From contig CAVPXM010000086.1 in assembly GCA_963709405.1 (NCBI GenBank), positions 1-48,371 on the forward strand: a stretch of DNA of 48,371 nt, given 5' to 3'. The number at the start of each line of letters is the position of its first letter. Positions within the stretch are counted from its first letter, which is position 1. Source of the stretch: an uncultured Nitrososphaerales archaeon (GTDB lineage: Archaea > Thermoproteota > Nitrososphaeria > Nitrososphaerales > Nitrososphaeraceae). Under the pieces are notes generated by a model. The model was not told where the DNA came from and ran no database searches. It saw only the letters and a program-made list of their open reading frames with translations. This document shows, one piece after another, positions 44,463 through 48,371 of the stretch. Made by a program: the position numbers and the translations under genes.

Positions 44463-45313
44463 TTAGTATTAGTTGGCTTTGGTCAGAACAGAATCCATCT
44501 GATTCCGGTGGTAATGGCTATTTGTAATGATCTTCCAGAACTCAAAGTGACGATAATTGATAAGAAGAGTTTTGAGTCCATTATTGGAGAAAGCAGGCTA
44601 TTAACGGAAGAGCAGACCAACTGGTGTAAGGAAAGATTCGTGCAAGAGAATGGAGGCAGTGAAGTGGTTGCTGATAATTTGCTGTTAAGAGAAATATTAC
44701 GGACAGATTATGAAAAAGGTTTTCAAAGAATTTTCTATTTGTCTCTTCCTCCTGAGATCTTCGAATCTACTATCAAGAAATACTCTGGATATGCTGATAT
44801 TTTTATAATCGAAAAGCCTTGGGCATTAGATCAGGAACGTCTTCGAAAAATTGTTGAATCCTCAAGATTTATTAAAATACTCGGAATCGATCACTATCTG
44901 TGGAAGCCAAAGGTTAGACAATTTCTGAAAGATATGCAACTCGAATACAATCTAAAATTATTACTAGAAAGTCATTCTCTCGATTTTGTTCTTTGTGAAT
45001 CTGATTTAGACTCCAGAGATAGAACTTACTTTTGGAAAACCGGTGTAGCTATAGGTACGATTCCACATGTCATGCCGTTGCTAGATAGACTATTTGATAA
45101 TCGCATAAGAAAGGTTTCAGTAAGAAAGGCTATTCCTGGTATATGTGACGATATAATAGTGAGTGACGTTCTTAATAAGAGTAATAATGTATCTGTTACT
45201 GGACCTAGTTCAACGGCAGCTATAAAATTCGATGTAAAGGAAACTTTCGCTGAGATAATCATGATTCTTTATCTCGAGTCAGGTCAAAGCAAATTAGTAC
45301 ATGTTGTATTAGT

Positions 45314-46346
45314 TGTTGTACTTACTGACATAGGTGACATTATAGCTTACAGACATGGGTTACACTTCTGTCGGGAAGTGAATCCATATAGAAATCAGAA
45401 TAAGGTTTAATCTAATACACGAAAAAGAATGGACTGGTGATACCATAAGCATTATTTGTAAGAGATATGGTGTATCCAGAAAGACTTACTACAAGTGGAA
45501 TAATAGATACAAACAGAAAGGGATAGAAGGCCTATCAGATAACTCCAGAAGGCCTCATAAAATCAACTACAGGAAGGTAACACCAGAAGTAGAAGAGACT
45601 ATACTTGATCTACGATTAACTAAGAGATTTGGATGTAATAGGATCAAATTTCGACTAAAAAGAATCATTGGAATCTCATTAAGCACCCGAACTATATACA
45701 AGATACTAAAGAGACATTGTCTTAATATCCTCATGTGTAAGGCCAAAGCAAGAACTTACAAACGGTTTGTCATGAAGCATCCAAATGATATGGTGCAAGT
45801 GGATATCCTTGGCCCTTTCTATCTGAGTAATTCCAGTCAAAGGAATTACATCATTAGTTGCTTAGATGATTGTTCTAGGAAGGTAGCTAGCAAGTGGTCC
45901 GAAAGAAAGAGGTCAGTGGATGTTCTTAATGTATTAGAGGACTGGATAATGATTAATGGTAAGCCTAAGATGATGATGCATGATAACGGTAAACAGTTTA
46001 CATCCAGAATATTCAGACATTTCCTTATACATAATCAGATAAAAGATAAGCAAATACCAAAATCATATCCGCAGTTACAGGGCAAAGTAGAAGCATATAA
46101 CAAGATTGTAAGGAGTGAATTCATAGCATTAGAAGATATACCAAACATAGATGATGGTAAACAAAGATACGACATGTTTGTTAAAGCATATAACGAAACC
46201 AGAGAACATGGAGGCATAAATGGTCTTACTCCATCGGAGATGTTCCTACAAAGGTTAATTACATCCAGTACACATACGAGAACTAAACAGAAAAGTGTAA
46301 CCCATGTAGGTAATTAGAAATGTAACCTATCCGTGCAAGTACAACA
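45314..46346 (+). mobile_element. IS481-family element, complete, 1033 bp (transposase ~45388-46317)
   Basis: TGTTGTACTT..AAGTACAACA ends with internal repeated binding motifs. Flanks ATTAGT and ATTAGG (5/6 match). Motifs VQVDI, HDNGKQF, QGKVEAYN. Confidence 0.95.
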
Positions 46347-48371
46347 ATTAGGTAAGGGAATAACAGTACCATCTATTTTGGTCTGCGATGAGAGAAGCCA
46401 GTTTCAAAAATTCCTTTACTGTTCTTTTGGCGACATATTCTTGGATCTGAGCAACTACAATATAGTATTAAAATGTGATAAAAAAGTATCAAATGAAATA
46501 GAAAGTGTCTGGACTAGTCTACCAGTGTTCATGTAGCGGAATTACAAATAGACTGCCGACAAGAGCTAACCCTACAGCCATACCTATGATATAGATGTTT
46601 GATCTAATTTTTTCTTTCCACATACTACAGGCTATTAAATAGCTGATAGACTTAAACCTTATCATAAAAATATTAAACATTTGTAAATTAAAAACCTAAC
46701 TATAATAATAAATGTAAACCTACGCTCCTAAATAGCAAAATACATTTATCAAATGCGAATATTATTTATTCGGTTACTCTATAACCGATATAATTCATCT
46801 TCACAATCCTTCCAAGAAAAGTTAAACTCCTGCAAATATAGTTGCCTTGGCTGCAACGTCTGTTAGTTGTTGTGAACTAATAAAATAGTTGCCTATAAAA
46901 ATTATGGCTGTACCTGCACGTAGCCCGATTCCAATTAGGACTGCAAGTCTATAGACTCTTTTCACGCTTCTACTATGAATTTAAGAATCTGCTGTTAGAT
47001 GAGATGATGTAATTTTTACCATTTGATATAGTCCTATTTTTCACTTACTAGATATAACAAATCTTTGCTTTTATTGTTGTCCCAACTAACTTTGATAACC
47101 TCTGCAATAATTCACCATTGTTCTCTAACTTAAAGGCCTGTCTATTTGTCAAAAAGAAGACGGAAGCTATTGATACAGCCTCTGAGTTTTGCGGATGTGG
47201 CTCAGTCTTATGATGGTCTTCTTATTGCCCTATTCGTCGAAAGTGTTTCTAAATTCATCCCGTCTAAAGAGGAGAAGAACTAGTCGAGACATTTATCCTG
47301 AACACATCGAATCGCGGGGGCTAAGCAATCAAAGTCTAAGACGCGATTATCCATAGTAACCGTAGGTACATATTCAAATCTGTACAAGAAAATAGTACGT
47401 AAGGTGTCACATGTTCATAATATGAGATTCAATAAAGTACTATGGATACCCTGACGTCTATGACGGCTCGTCATCTCACATTTAGATAAACCGAAGCCAT
47501 AAGAAGATCATTAGTGATATTAACTGGAAATCTGACGGGGATGTTGAAGGATGCGCCTGCTCATGTCCCAGTTACCAAACGAATCAGCTATACATATAGA
47601 AGACACGGCCAAAATTAGGTCAATAACTGACTTCTCTTATAATGATCCAAGTACGCCATATACACACCGCTCCCAAAGCAAGATTTAGACCAAAGCCCGT
47701 GTTATCCAATAATTGCTATAAAGCAGGAAGACTATCACTGCGGATTACATCCTGAGATAAAGTATGTACACCAGAATCGAGAGAATCAAATACAAAGATC
47801 CTCTATTACATAAATCAAGGTTCTTGAAATTAGCTGAACATTCCCAAACTCATATGAGCAGCTGATCCTATCAATAGGTAAAACTTCAGGACTTAGCGAC
47901 ATTAATTACGCAACTGAGCTGCCGACTCTACAATTGATATCTATAGATAGTAATCATTGGTTGATGTTAACCCACGGATTCAATTTGCTAATATCCAGTT
48001 AGTTTTTAATATATCAGATAATATCGGATTCTTTTAAAGTCCAGTTAAGTTATATCGGAAAGAGTGTCTTCTAATACAGATGTGCGACACACGAGATTAT
48101 AAATATTTTCTGGAAGGTGACATTATCTGTATAGAGTATGATAAATGGACATAATCACATAACACTTTGTATGTTAGTTAGTCATGGGTGCGCGCCAGAT
48201 GCCGCACGATCCAAAATAGGAATTAGTTGACAGCACGATATCTAAGAAATATGATCTTTGATCAGTGGTAAATCGAGGTCAAAGATTGTATTTGCAAATT
48301 ACGAAATATTCTAGATTTTCGATGTTCTAACTAGTTTGTATTAGACTCTGTTAGTGAGGCTAAAAATATGA

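Larger units (their letters stand above)
43470..46536 (+). pseudogene. Glucose-6-phosphate dehydrogenase-like oxidoreductase, interrupted by IS5 and IS481
   Basis: Rebuilt in frame: METKTHLVLVGFGQ...RIFYLSLPP...IIEKPW...GIDHYLWK...ETFA...VVLGKG... to TAG at 46536. Confidence 0.7.

Noticed and set aside
46540-48371. ORF-poor tail as ncRNA or small membrane genes
   Set aside because: Only short hydrophobic minus-strand ORFs and stop-riddled frames. No family or stable structure was recognisable.

Overview
AT-rich archaeal DNA. The gene content (TFIIB, two-domain multicopper oxidase plus cupredoxin, PsbP-like protein, TrmB/PLD-like histidine kinase, small RHH and C2H2 proteins) points to a soil ammonia-oxidising archaeon of the Nitrososphaeraceae; this is inferred from gene content, not from a search. 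The window is an accessory region with about ten IS copies or remnants (IS5, IS6, IS481, IS3, IS630) and many frameshifted or truncated genes. No rRNA, tRNA or CRISPR array was found. The best candidate for a new system is at 28.5-31.7 kb: a small Pepco/Trypco-like protein upstream of a receptor-like caspase (C14 domain, TM helix, extracellular Ig-like domain), then a secreted PKD-repeat protein, beside a truncated SIR2-like gene. This looks like a protease-activated defence or cell-death module. Other highlights are an orphan terminase large subunit with scattered small-subunit-like and integrase remnants, a G6PDH-like gene that can be rebuilt in frame across two IS insertions, a high-GC bacterial-type GH3/SnoaL chimera, probable ATA start codons, and small proteins missing from the ORF track.
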